From: Azolla caroliniana
Taxonomy: Eukaryota > Plantae > Polypodiophyta
Assembly: GCA_043228905.1 (NCBI GenBank)
Contig: JBHGNT010000022.1
Location: 5,208,001 to 5,272,000 of the forward strand
DNA: 64,000 nt
Reading direction: 5' to 3'
Part shown: piece by piece, positions 1 through 13,093 of the stretch
Position numbering within the stretch: the first letter of the stretch is position 1
Layout of the letters: every line of letters begins with the position of its first letter
Notes under the pieces: model-generated
What the model saw: only the letters and a program-made list of their open reading frames with translations
Database searches by the model: none
What the model was told of the DNA's origin: nothing
Translations under genes and position numbers: made by a program

Positions 1-507
1 GCTCCTTGCCAAACAAATGTAGGCGATGTTGAATCAACGAAGATGTGCACATCTTGCATCAATGGGAGTTATAGTATTGGGAGGAATCATGAGTTGCTAT
101 CAAATTGTATGGGGTGGCAATGATCCTGGGTAGGGAGGACCGGTGCACAAGCAATGGGACAAAGTCTTTTATGGTCATGTTGTGACTTAAGGCATTGCCA
201 ACGAAAGCCTTAACGGTAAGGAAGCATTAGAATGTTTGATGGTCAAGGTCATACTTTGCGACCACAATGTCATTCCTTTGCGTAATCTTATATTGTGATG
301 GTGGATAAGTGTTGTGGAAGTATTGGAATACGAAAACTAGCAATCATTGTTAGATAGAATGTGACACTTACCAAAACTCACGACATTTACACAAGAGGGG
401 CCAATAACACTTGATCACCACGATAGAGCTACTTAATTCATAGTAGTAGAAGGAGAACTTGTTCAAGGTCCTTCTCCAATGCAACACAGTTTTTGAACCA
501 TCTTTAA

Positions 508-917
508 TGTAAAGAAAACGGTTCAGAAGCTTCATAGACAACTTAGCTGAATAACAGAATAGTAGACACTTAGGAAAACACAGAGTTTGGAGATAAAGTA
601 CAGAGATAGAGCTCTAGAGATTACATAGAAAGATAGAGTTCTATTACAAAACTTGTCGACTTATTACATAGTGTGCTCACAAAGCACTTTATATACAAGC
701 CTCTGATAGTAGGCTGACACAAGTACTGACACAAGTACTAAATGCTCACTTCTGAGCTCTAACAACTAATCAACCTATAATATTCCTATTACTAAGTTAG
801 GAATATCAGTCCTAATGGTCGTACGACCGTTTTGGACTACGACCTTACAGTTGTGTCGGCTTCTAGCCCATTCGGCCGATTCGGCTTTGGCTTCTTGTTG
901 AGCTTGCCTTCTCAACA
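508..917 (-). repeat. 3' LTR of an A-related copia element, followed by PPT and a short pol tail (918-~965)
   Basis: TGTAAAGAA...GAGCTTGCCTTCTCAACA resembles the LTRs at 3964 and 29455. The adjacent CCCTCAAGCTCAA is the minus-strand PPT region. Confidence 0.75.
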
Positions 918-964
918 ATCACCCTCAAGCTCAAGTTGGGGGTTCTCTTTGTCCACTCTGCTCT

Positions 965-2830
965 ATCTGTCCGCTTCTCCGACTTCTCCTTGCTGATTGG
1001 TTTTCAACCATTGCAAGCCACTCCTTAAAGATCGCGAACTCTCGATCTTTGGTTGTGATCAAATACACCCACACTTTTCTTGTTGAGTCGTCAATGAACG
1101 TGACGAAGTAGGAGCAGCCGCCAAGAGACTGATGTGGCAATAGGCAACAGAAGTCCGAGTGGACCAAGTCAAGGGGACTAGACTCTCTCGGCTCTCTAGG
1201 CGGGTGTGAAGTGGCAGTTTGTTTGTCGTATTGGTAGTGCTCACCGAACTGATGGTTGGAGAATGATAGCTTGGGGATGTATCTGGCTCTAAATAGATGC
1301 TTTATGCCGGCCTTACTGAGGTGTCCGAGTCGTCCATGCCATAGCGATGACACAGGGACATCAACAAAGAACAAGTCACCCTCTCTGAGTGTGACACATA
1401 ACGGGTATAATGAATGTACTTCTGGTCCTCGATCAAGTAGAAGGTTCCCCCTATGGAGTGTCCACCCTCCTGAGGAGAAGCCAACACGGATGCTGCCTTT
1501 GACAAGTTGTCTGATCGAAATCAGCGGTCTTGAGAGCTCAGGTATGTGTCGGACATCGTGTAGTACTAATATAGAGCCACCCGAAAGGTTGAGCTCTACA
1601 GTGTCGATTCCAATTATGTCAGAATGTCGGACCGAGTATTATCGAAATTGGGATCTATGAGGAGTCACATGGTATTAAGCGCTTGAATCCAAGAGCCAAG
1701 TGCTTGACTCTTCAGTTATAAGCAAAACTTCTGATTTGACTAAGTGTTCAATGAACAGAATGTTTGGGTCGTTCGTCAATACTTCGGTTGAAGAGCCAAC
1801 ATAGTTGACTACCTCATGCCGGTCGCTCTTCTAATTAGCTCGCTGAGCTTTATCGTTCTTTGCTTTCAACGTGTGGCAATTAGCCTTAATGTGTCCGGGT
1901 TTCTTGTAGTAATTGTAGATTCGACTATCCTCGGACTTGCTTCGGCTTCGGGTATTGCTTGGCAGCTGGGAAGAACTTCTTCATCGGTTGAACCTTGTAC
2001 TATGTAGACATCACTAGCCAAATTGTTTGCAAACAATTTTCTTCGAGCAGCTTCTGTCAAGATTGAGCTCGTGACTTTAGAGTATTTAGCAACGGCAGTC
2101 AATGCATTGCACATACGAAAGTTTCCCACGAAGGGGGAGATTACTCATTGAAAGCATGACTTTTAGTTCATCCTCTATCGTCGGCCCTTGGGTTGAAATC
2201 TAGGAGCTTAGACTTTTGAACTCGTTCAGGTGTGCTTGGACTAAGTCAGATTCTTCCATCCGAAGATTATAGAGATGCCGAATCAAATATATCTTCGTGG
2301 CGGCGACCTTCTTCTTGTAAGTATCTGAAAGTGTCTTCTATAGTTGGAAGGCTATTAGACATGATTACACTGACTCCGACAAGTGCATCTAAATGGTGGC
2401 TCGGACAATTCTATCAAGTTTTGTCCACTCATTCGGCTTGAATCCTTCTGGTGCGTTTTCTATCTCGATTAGATCGATCTAACCCTTCACTATTAGATAG
2501 TCCTACATCTAGTCCTTTCAGAAGTTGAAGTTCGATCCATGGAACTTCCTTAGACTCATTTCTGATGAGCCAGATGTTGATGCCATCTATGTCAGCCTTG
2601 GGAGATTATGTTCAGAGTTAGCCACGAACAATGGTAGGGTGCAACCCACTAGCTCACCCGAATTCATTCTAGCCATATTGGGTTTGCCGATTGGGTTTCG
2701 AATGAATATTGGATGGTGAGTTTGCTCCAAGTGGCTACAACGAGTGGAGAGACAGAACGACTGGTCTTTCCGAATATCGCTTAGTCGAGTTGAGCACAAC
2801 TATATGCCAAATAGGTTCCGAATACCAATT
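965..2830 (-). pseudogene. Degenerate Ty1/copia gag-PR-integrase fragment (element N, Tork-like)
   Basis: ORF 931-1374 contains LWHGRLGH (GAG-pre-integrase) and LDLVHSD...YFVTFIDDSTRKVW (rve). A WLLDSSA protease remnant lies near 1680-1705. Many stops and frameshifts. Confidence 0.75.
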
Positions 2831-2989
2831 TTAGAGGACAATCACAGATTATGTGCCTTCTTTTTAGGTGGATCTTGCTTCAAGTGACTACGATGATTGG
2901 AGGGACATATCTAAACTATTCTTCCGGGATTTCATATGTTTGAGTGAAGCACATATGTGGTTGCTCCTAGGGTTGAATTAGTTAGGAAA

Positions 2990-3255
2990 CAGGGGAAGAG
3001 AAGAGCCGAGTTAATGAGGAACTCGAACGAGGCCGATAGGCTGAGGTTTCTTGGGGTTTGTGGACCCCTGTGGTTTTTTTCCATTTCAGGTTTCCACGTT
3101 AAAATCGTGTGTTTTTGTCTCTTGTGCTATTTCTATTTTTTGTACTCTGTCTGAGCGCATTCTATTTTACGTTCCCTGCACCCGAACATCTGAACGAGAA
3201 GCCGGTTGTGGCGGGTCACGATTCTCGACAGAATCTACTATGAGTGGTTACAACA
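2990..3255 (+). repeat. LTR fragment related to the B/J/K LTR family
   Basis: GTGGTTTTTTCC...GGTTTCCACGT...CGGTTGTGGC matches the motif order of the K LTR (51259-51370). Ends not resolved. Confidence 0.45.
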
Positions 3256-3511
3256 AACAAGAATATAGTATCTAACCTAGTAACGCACAATTGAGGCCGA
3301 TTTGATAGAGGTTCCACTCCAAGTGGCTGCAATCATAGAAGCAAGGTACAACCGGCTGGCTTACCTTAAGAGTGATCTAGCTCAGTAGAGTGCAAATATT
3401 CAGTTGTCTTTCTCTTCTCAAGATGAGATCTTGAACTTAGGGTCTATAGGAAGATAGGGGCAAGAATGTTGTTGAACACATGACGGCCGAAAACGAGTTG
3501 AATAACCTCTA

Positions 3512-3618
3512 GGTCTAATACCAGATAATGGAGTCCGAGACCGTCCGTGCGGAAACATAAACAACACCTTCTTATGAAGAACACCAAGTTAGCATAGTAA
3601 AGCAAGATCAAGGAGACA

Positions 3619-3669
<51 letters not shown>

Positions 3670-3958
3670 GCACACGATATGTAATTGTATTATTCAAACT
3701 CAGAGTTACAATAGAATGAAGACAACAACCTTTTGAGCTACGTTACAAAGCTCGTTATATAATAACTAAGCTAGGGCAACTGCCCTTTGACATATTTATA
3801 GAATTTTCCTAAACCTAGTCTATCCAAGGGATAGTGTAAATATGGCCATTAAACAACTGTATTCGACAATTTTACTAAAACGCTCTCTTGGGAAAGGGGG
3901 GAAACATTAACTACTTTAATAACTATGTGTCATAGAATGTAATTGCTATGACACATTA
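3512..3958 (-). repeat. Possible degenerate 5' LTR with PBS-like motif; contains a (GA)n microsatellite at ~3622-3666
   Basis: GTCTAATACCA reads TGGTATTAGAC on the minus strand (iMet PBS-like). It is followed by LTR-like AT-rich sequence. Confidence 0.35.
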
Positions 3959-3963
3959 GTTAT

Positions 3964-4392
3964 TGTAAAAGAATACGTTGTGCGGAAGCGTGTGCGAAAA
4001 CACAGAGTACACAGTTTAAAGGAATAAGACAATTCAGTAAAACACAGAAAACACAGAGATGGAGATGGAGATGGAGAGAGAGAGCAGACAACATAAAACT
4101 TGGATTCAAAATAATGACACTCAGTTCTGTGTACATACACTGTGCTCAATGAGCACCTTTTATACAAGCCCTGACAATCGGGCTGACACAAGTACTAACA
4201 GTACTTGAATGCTCATAAATGAGCTGACTACACAAACTCCCAAAATTATTCCCTTACGAGGAATAACACTCTAACAGCCTCTTCGGTTTTCACACCGATG
4301 CAGCCTTGTTGTGCGTACTTTTTCAGCAACCTAGTCTACGCATTGGGTTACGTTGCGTACTTCGCACCGAGTGTTGAGCTTGTCTCTCAACA
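3964..4392 (-). repeat. A1 3' LTR (429 bp)
   Basis: TG...CA ends, near-identical to 23057-23444, PPT at 4393-4410. Confidence 0.92.
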
Positions 4393-7191
4393 CCCCCCCT
4401 CAAGCTCAACTTGAGGTCCCACTTGCTTCGCCGGATCTATGCTCCGGTTCCTTCTGGCTTCACGCCTCGCTCGCGCTCCTTGACCTGTTCGATTTTGTGC
4501 GCTTTGACCCTTTCGGTCGGCTTGTCTGCTCGTTCGGCCCTTCTCAGCTCCCTCGCTGTCGCGGTGTCGACGCGTCCTTCGCTGCCCTTTTTCCTGCATG
4601 GCCTTCAGTTGATTCAGCATATCCGAATCGAACATTTGGATTGAATCGAGCGCTTCCGATTCAATTCCGCTCTCATCCGAATTGGCTGTCCGCTCTTGTT
4701 CCTGTTTGTCTTCCTTTCTCCCCCTCAAGTTCGGCGTGTCGACGTGGCGCAACCCAAGCTCACCCGAGAAATGCTGTAACTTGTCAAGACCAAGAGGCTT
4801 GGTGAAGATGTCTACAATCTGCCGATCAGTCGGAACATGCACCAGTTCAACTTCACCTGAAAGGACTTGCTTGCGGACAAAATGGTAATGCACCTCAATG
4901 TGCTTGGTCCTGGCGTGGAAAACGGGGTTCTTCGCAAGGTGGATACTGCTGAGGTTGTCACAAAAGATCGTCGTCGGATCAGACACCTCTACCTGCAGAT
5001 CCCGTAATAGCCGTTTTAGCCAAATGACTTCGCACGTAGCAAGAGTCGCCCCTCGATATTCGGCCTCCGTGCTCGACAGTGCTATTGTTGGCTACTTTTT
5101 GCTGCTCCACGCGATCGCCGCACTTCCTAGAGAGAATGCATATCCGGATGTGGATCTACAATCGTGGGCGTTTCTGGCCCAATCGGCATCCGTGTAGCCA
5201 ACTAACTGTTCGGCTACGCCTACCCGATAAAACAACGCCATGTCTTCCGTGCCGCTAACATAACGCAATATCCGTTGCGCGCACTGAAAGTGTTCGTCCG
5301 TAGGCTGCGACATGAATTGACTGATTAAGCCGACCGGGTAGCTAAGATCCGGATGAGTGATCGTCAAATAGATAAGGCTCCCGACAATCTGTCGGAACCG
5401 TGTTGGGTCACACGGCTTTCCGGAATCTTGGTGAAGCTTTGCGTTTCTATCCAGAGGAGTTGAGATGGGCTTACAGTTTGCCATCCCAAACTTGAAGAGC
5501 ATATTCAACGCGTAATGACGCTGGCTGACCAATATGCCATCAGGGGTACGGATCACTTTGATCCCGAGGAAGTAATGAAGGTCTCTGAGATCCTTCATTT
5601 CAAACGATGCCGCAAGCTGAGACTTCATGCGGCGGATTTCGTCAAGGTCGGCACTGACGATGACTAAATCATCAACGTACAAGAGCAGGCTAACTGGTCC
5701 ATATTGACTTTGCCGAACAAATAGAGAAGAGTCCGATTTCGATGACGCAAAGCCCATCCTACGCAACTGTTATGGAATCTTTGCGTTCCAAGCTCGCGGG
5801 GCTTGCTTTAGTCCGTATAAGGACTTCTTCAATCGGCAAATTGCCAAGGTATTTTGTTCGGATAGAAATCCAGGGGGCTGTACCATGTACACCTGTTCCT
5901 CAAGATCGCCTTGTAGGAACACGTTCTTTACATCCATTTGATGTAAGTGCCACACCTTTGCCGCGGCTACGACTAGTAGGACTCGTACGGTAGTCATCTT
6001 CGCGACAAGCGCGAAGGTCTCATCATAGTCCACGCCGTGCTTCTGTGCGTAGCCTTTTGCTACTAAACGGGCCTTGTAGCGGTTGACAGAGCCGTCCGTG
6101 TTGTGTTTCACTTTATACACCCACCGGCATCCGATCGACTTCACACCCTTTGGTGCGTCAACTAGGTCCCATGTCTCATTCTCCAATAATGCGCGCATCT
6201 CTTCCTCCATCGCGGCACGCCAATTTGCGTCCTTCGCCGCTTCTGCGTAGCTCTCCGGCTCGCACACTTCCGCCACTCGCGTCATGTACGCGTACTGGTG
6301 TGCCATGTACTCATTATACCTGTATCTCTTTACGGGGTTCTTGAGGTGGGTAGATTGGCATAATTTGTGATTACCCAATTTCACGACCTTTTCGGCTACT
6401 GTCGACCTCTTCCATGGAGGTTCCTTCTCAGTTTCTCGTAGTTAGACTCGTTCGGATCTGACTCGGCACTGCCGAAGTCGTATTACGGCATTTTCTTCTT
6501 GCCTTTATCCTTGCGTGTAAGCCGTCTCCTCGGCTTCCTGCGCGGGGAATGCACAACTGAGTCTCCACTACTCGCCGTCTCATCATCTGGTTGGCCATTT
6601 CGGCCCAACCCCTCATTCGGCCCGCTTAGCCGAAATGAGATCGGACTCTCTCTTAGAGCTCTGACATCCTCATCATGCGGAGGCATTTCAGCTTGGATGT
6701 TCTCTTCTTCAAAAATCGGAATGGAGTCATGAGATTTTGGAGGAGAAAGTAGGTACCACGAAGCGGACTCGTCAAATACGACATCGCAGCTTACGCATAC
6801 TTCCTTTGTTTGGGGGTTATAACACTTATACCCTTTTTGCTAGTCTGAATAGCCAACCAAGATACATTTCTCGGCCTTGGCATCTAGCTTCCTCCTCTTC
6901 TCCTTCGGCACGTGCACATACGTGCTGCCGAAAATCCTCAAGTGTGCCAAATTCGGTTTCTTTCCGAAATACAGCTCATGTTGCGACACTTCTCCATTAG
7001 CAGAAGTCTGATTTTGCAGGCAGACATCCGTCTTCACGGCTTCGGCGCAATAGAATTTCGGCATATGCTTCTCTTCAAGCATTGCCTTGGCCGCTTCTTC
7101 AATCGTCCGATTCTTCCGCTCGACTACACCGTTCTGCTCTGGTGTATATCTACACGAGAATTCGCGTCGAATTCCCTCCTTCTGTAGATAA
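4387..7191 (-). pseudogene. A1 pol: integrase C-terminus, RT, RNase H and a charged C-terminal extension
   Basis: [37 protein letters not shown] and DIFTKPL motifs, split over several frames. Confidence 0.92.
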
Positions 7192-7828
7192 CATGTTGAT
7201 AGGAATATGGTTTCCTAAGCTATGATCGGCGACAACCGAGACGTCAGATCAACCACAGAAAATAGGGATGTGGTGAAATGTGTCTACACATGAAATAGTA
7301 AAGAAGAGAGTGCACTGGATGTTGACGTGGAAAACCCAAATCTGGGAAAAAAACCACGACAGCCCTCAGACTGCAAAATATCACTATATCAAGATTACAA
7401 CAATGGGGCACAAAGGCAACGACCTCTTGCTCCCTCGCTTCGCCACCAGGCGGTTACAACAGAGGCAACAACCTCTTCCTCTCTCTCTATCTTCTCTGTA
7501 CGCAGTTGCGCTCTGAATTATCGCCGCAACAATAATCACACAACCAACTCTACATCATTACTATTAAGTTTGCCCTAGGTCATATTTATACTAATGTGAA
7601 TTTCGGGCTATTTACAAATATAGCCCCGGTGGGCTCTTTGGAACATATTTACATATATGTCCCTTCCATCCGATGAGAGGTTCTCACCGGGCCTGCAACA
7701 TCCGGTTCTCACCGGGTCTTCTGTTGCCGGGTACTCCACATCCGGATTCGGCCTCGGGTGTGTTGCTCATCAATACTGTTCTTCTCACTTCCCATCCAGA
7801 GGGACCTGTTTCCTAACAAACTCCCCCT

Positions 7829-10581
7829 TCACTCCGGCATGCGATGTCTTACTAGTCCGATCCGCTTCCGACATGCATCCAGCTTGTCGGGTATCAGTAC
7901 TTTGGTCAACATATCTGACCCGTTCTCGGCCGTGTGGATCTTCGTCAGCGCGAACTCTTGATCTTCTACTCGCTCCCGGATCCAGTGATACCTACATTGG
8001 ATGTGATTCATCCTGGAATGGTACGTTGCGTTCTTAGCAAGGTGGATGGCACTTTGATTGTCGCAATAGAGCCGATATTCATCTTGCCAGATACCGAACT
8101 CTCCGATGAAGTCCTTCATCCATAATATTTCCTTGCCGCCTTCAACAACCGCCATGTACTCCGCCTCCGTGGTTGACAACGCAACCGTCTTCTACAGCCT
8201 CGATTGCCACGAAACAGCTCCCCATGCATATGTCATTACATACCCGGATGTAGACCGGCTGGTATCCACATCAGCTGACATATCCGAATGGGTAAAACCG
8301 TCAAGTTGAGGTTTACCGGAGCCGAATTAGAGACACATATTCGAAGTGCCCTTCAAGTACCGGAGTATCCATTTGACCGCGTTCTAGTGCTCTTTGCCGG
8401 GATTGCTCATAAACCCGCTCACCACTCCGATACGTTGCGTTCTTAGCAAGGTGGATGGCACTTTGATTGTCGCAATAGAGCTGATATTCATCTTGCCAGA
8501 TACCGAACTCTCCGATGAAGTCCTTCATCCATAATATTTCCTTGCCGCCTTCAACAACCGCCATGTACTCCGCCTTCGTGGTTGACAACGCAACCGTCTT
8601 CTGCAGCCTCGATTGCCACGAAACAGCTCCCCCTGCATATGTCATTACATACCCGGATGTAGACCGGCTGGTATCCACATCAGCCAACATATCCGAATCG
8701 GTAAAACCGTCAAGTTGAGGTTTACTGAAGCCGAATCAGAGACACATATTCGAAGTGCCCTTCAAGTACCGGAGTATCCATTTGACCGCGTTCCAGTGCT
8801 CTTTGCCGGGATTGCTCATAAACCCGTTCACCACTCCAACTGCGTATCCAATATCCGTCGAGTACACACCATTGCGTACATTAAGCTCCCCACGGCATAG
8901 GCATATGGCACCTTCATCATATCCGCCTTCTCTACTTTCGTGTTCGGGCTTTGCTTACTAGATAATCTGCAGTTTGCCGGGAGTGTCGATCCGACCGGTT
9001 TCACTTCTAACATGTTGGACCGCTGAAGCACCTTTGTCATGTATTTCTCCTGTGACAACCACAATTGCTTCTTTGACTGGTTTCGGATGATGTGCATCCC
9101 CAGTATCTGTCTTGCCGGGCCCAAGTCTTTCATTGAGAAAGTTTGGTTGAGAGCCTTCTTCAGCATCCGTATTTTGGCTTGGTCCCGTCCGACGATTAAC
9201 ATGTCGTCCACGTACAGAAGGAGTATCAGGGGGTCGCCTCCTTCGAACTTCTTCACAAAGACGCAGTGATCGGTTTGCGTTTTATGTTACCCTTGGTCGG
9301 TCATGAAGGAGTCGAACGTCCAGTACCATTGTCGGGGAGCCTGCTTCAGTCCGTATAGGCTCTTCTTCAACCGGCAAACGAGGTGCTCCTTTCCTTTCTC
9401 CACGAATCCTTCCGGTTGCTGCATGTAGATCTCCTCTTCGAGGTCACTCTGAAAGGAATTCCTTCTTCACGTCTAGCTGCTCTACCTCGAGGTTCATGCT
9501 TGCCGCTATACTTAGCACCGTCCGGATGGAAGTCATCTTTACTACCGGGGCAAATATCTCGTCGAAGTCCATGCCCTTCTTCTGCTGGAACCCCTTCACC
9601 ACAATCCTGGCTTTGTATCTCGGGGGGTTGCCGGCATCTTCCGGTTTCAACTTGTACACCCACTTGTTTCAGAGTGCCCGCTTTCCTTTCGGCAACTCCA
9701 CCAATTCGTACGTATGGTTCTCATGTAGGGATCCATCTCATCCTGCATGGCACTTAACCATTTGCGGCTATGGGCGTCACTTTTAGCTTCCTTGATGTTT
9801 TCTGGCTCCCCTCATTGGTTAGCAACACGTGCTCTGGATTCGGAAATCTCCGGGGGGCCCTTCTCTCTCTGAGAGGATATCTACGTCCTTGGGCTTCGGT
9901 AATTGGCTCCTCCATTTGCTCTTCATCCAAATCTGATTCGGGGTTTTGTCTGGTTTCGGTTTCACCTATTCCTTCTTCTTCGGCCTATCTTGTCTCCTTA
10001 CCGTCACCGGCTGGTTCATCGAGTGCTAACTGGTCTCTTGCCGGTTGGGTCTGCTCATCATAGAATAGATACTTACCGGTTGACTCGGAGTTCATTATCT
10101 TCTTCTCCGACTCCCAGTCGGCGAGCGTCTTGTCGTCCATGAAGATAATATCTCGACTCCGGAATACCTTCTTGTCAACCAGGTCCCACACTCGTTAGCC
10201 GAACTCATCATCGCCGTAACCAAGGAATATGCATGGCCGGGTCTTTGGATCTAACTTTCCTCTCCGGTCCTTAGCTACATGCACGTACGCAAGACACCCG
10301 GATACCTTCAGATGCCGGTAGGTCACTTCCTTACTGGTCCAGACTCTCTGTGGTGTGTCTCCGTCCAAGGGTACTGAGGGTGATCTGTTTATCACATATG
10401 TCGCCGTCGATAGTGCCTCAACCCAAAACTTCTTGGGTAATTTTGCATGCGCTGGCATACTCCGGACCCTCTCCATTATGGTCCGGTTCATCCTCTCGGC
10501 CAACCTGTTCAGTTTCGGTGTCTTCGGCACGGTAAATTCGAGCCGGATTCCCATCGAGCGATAGTACTCCTTGAACTGCAG
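7829..10581 (-). pseudogene. B pol (integrase part, RT, RNase H), frameshifted
   Basis: AERMNRTIMERVRSM, LLLYVDDMLI, YCDNQSAIHLAKN and SDMLTK motifs. Confidence 0.92.
8022..8838. repeat. ~409-bp tandem duplication of the RT/RNase H junction of B
   Basis: TACGTTGCGTTCTTAGCAAGGTGG... starts at both ~8022 and ~8431; the copies are near-identical. Confidence 0.9.
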
Positions 10582-12446
10582 GCCCCATGCAGTTCCTCGG
10601 TGGCGCGCATCGCCGCCCGTATCTTCCACCCGTGCTTGGTGTTGATCGGCCACTTTCCCTTCTTATAGAAGTCCATGAACATCAGGTTTATTTCCGAACC
10701 GTGGTCCACCAGTGCCACCACCGGTTCCTGAACATCTCCGATCTTTACCGGGGTCTCCGTGGTTGCTCGGGCCCAGTGCAGCCTTGAATAGTGGCTCTCC
10801 GCCCACTCATCTTCCAACGCCATGTCGTCGATGTGCGTCATCCGCACCTCCACCGGTCTTTCCGGTTCCGTCTCCGTCGACAGCCTCTTCCGTTTCACCA
10901 GGTCCACAATGGAGTCGTGGAACTCCTTCTTGGCGATCCCTAGCACCTCCCGCAATGACAGCTCCACTTTGCTGTCGAGGATCCGTTCTTCTAGGACCTT
11001 TCGTAGGTCCGTGGTCCTTTGTATTTCCGTCCCCAGTTGGTATCCGCCCTTCCTGGGGTTATCTTGCGCGCTGGACCCACCGGCTTCGTTCCGTCGTTGC
11101 CCGAATCGGGTCTCGTATCGCTGTGAGGGCCCGGCCGCTCCGGCTTTCCCCACTCGTTTGTCTTCTACCAGAGCCTCGTAGTTCCGGCAGGCGGCTTCTA
11201 TGAAGCCCGTCTTCTCCTCGACCGTGTCGCTCCACCCGGTTATTTCCCGGACCCGTCTCTCAGCGCGGTTCGCTTCATCTTTCCTCAGCCGTGCGCCGGC
11301 GAGGCCTTCCAGCATTGCCGACCAGAATCCGTCTTTGCTCTCCTTTTGGGCCTCGCTGCCCCCGACCCGAATACCGGCCGACGCCGAGTAGTGGATGGCC
11401 TCCACGTGTCGGGCCGCTGCCTCTTCCATCAGTCTCTTCATACCTCCTCGCCCATCATTTTGGTTTAGGGCCCTTCTGGTATCGCCGGCATGCACCCGGC
11501 CTTCCCACAGGTACACCACCCGGTTCCTCAACGCCTCGGCGAAATCGCCGCAGTCCTTCCGAATGTGGCCAACCTCGTCGCACCACATGCACCTATTCCC
11601 TGCTGCCGGCCGTCGGTCACGAGCCGGTTCGCCGCCTTCCCTTCGAGTCTGGGCAATCTGGAGATCCTTTATCGCCCGCGTCAACTCCTCCAGCGCTCCT
11701 CCTCCGGACGAGTCATTGACCATGCCGGTCGAAGCCGAACTGGTTTCGAGCCACTCCCGGGTCTCTACCCTTTGCCCTTGCCGTGCCGGTTCAAGCCTCC
11801 TTGCTGTGACAGAGCCCGCACCGGCCGCCCCGTTGTCAGCCCATTCTCGCCATTTGTCGAAACGGCCACAGACTCTCTTAACCGCAGCCCAGTCGGTCGT
11901 CAGTCCGTCTTCGGTTTCCAGCAAGGAGCCGACTTGATCCCGGTCCCGCTTGTCCACCGACTTGACGAACAGTAGGACCCGGCTCGTATCCAGAACGGTT
12001 CGGTCAAGAGCTGAAAGGCGCGCAAAGCGTTCCTCAAACTCCCGGAGGAGTGCCGACGCGTTTCTTCCCTTGCCGGGGGACTCCACCCATCCCATGAAGT
12101 CCCGTTTTGAAAGCCGGAGCGCATCGTCCAACCCGTATTTTTCTAGGAATCGGCCTTCGAACTCCTCCCAGGTACGGCTCTCTGCCCGTACCTTGAGCAC
12201 CTCCGCATGGATGCTCGGCATCGCCACTCGAGGGAACCCGGCAAGACGCCTCTCTTCCGGAATGTCCCGCATCAGCATTTCTGCCCCGTAGGACGCCAAA
12301 TACTTCGTCGCATCCTTTCCGCTGAACCGGCCGATCGTACCGACGACCACCTCAATGGCTCTGTCGAGGGTGCTAGTGCCCTCGCGTGCGCTCAATAACC
12401 GATCCACGGCCGAAGCCATGGCCTCCACAAGATCCGACCCCTTCAT
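10582..12446 (-). CDS. D1 gag-protease, open for ~620 codons and truncated by deletion
   Basis: Part of the 717-aa ORF 10509-12662; CCHC zinc knuckle and aspartic protease motif. Confidence 0.8.
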
Positions 12447-13093
12447 CTTCTGCTCTTCTACCGCCTCCTTCACGTCGGGTTCACCAAGATGTTGAGGTAT
12501 TCCTCGCGGATGCGTGGAATGAGGTGGGACCTCGGGGGTCTTGTACCGAAGAGCAAGAGAGAAAGGAGAAGGGAAGGGACCCGCTACGTGCGAGCGTAGA
12601 TCCACAGGGACACGGCCCTTCGACACGAAGACGCGAGCGGGGAAACCAACACAGAGAGGCACGAAGGTATGTATGTATATATATTAACAGAGACAAACAA
12701 CAAGAAGCACGAAGTCGGTTACAACCGAACAGACCGGCGAATAGATGCCGATGCCTGTTCGCAAACGCTCCGAAAGAAAAGGGGTAGGTTGGAGGTGCTG
12801 CCGGAAGCACTCGGGCATTCCTCAGAGCAGCGCGAGCCTCCCGAAAACCTACACAGAAAGAAGCTACAGAGTATTGGAAGAGAGAGGGACCCTCACCGAC
12901 AACCCAACAACCCTTTTCTATAGGCAAGAAAGGAGCCGTTTCCCATTAACTCCCTTCCTACCGAATCTACCTACCTAGGATCTTCTATGTACCTAATTCT
13001 CTCTTATGTACAACATAAGGCGTACGTGCATGAAGAGCCGGTTCCTACGCTCCGGTGCACCGATTCCGCTTGTGGACGGTTTTCTTCATGACA
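10582..13093 (-). mobile_element. Gypsy element D1 (tRNA-Trp PBS): 5' LTR, gag and protease, 3'-truncated
   Basis: LTR 12490-13093 is homologous to 60327-60986. PBS at 12469-12486 is complementary to the tRNA-Trp 3' end (TTCACGTCGGGTTCACCA). Gag has a CMWCDEVGHIRKDC knuckle and the protease motif is ALVDHGSEIN. Confidence 0.9.

Noticed and set aside
1-500. Possible coding or LINE remnant
   Set aside because: No ORF or motif I can support.
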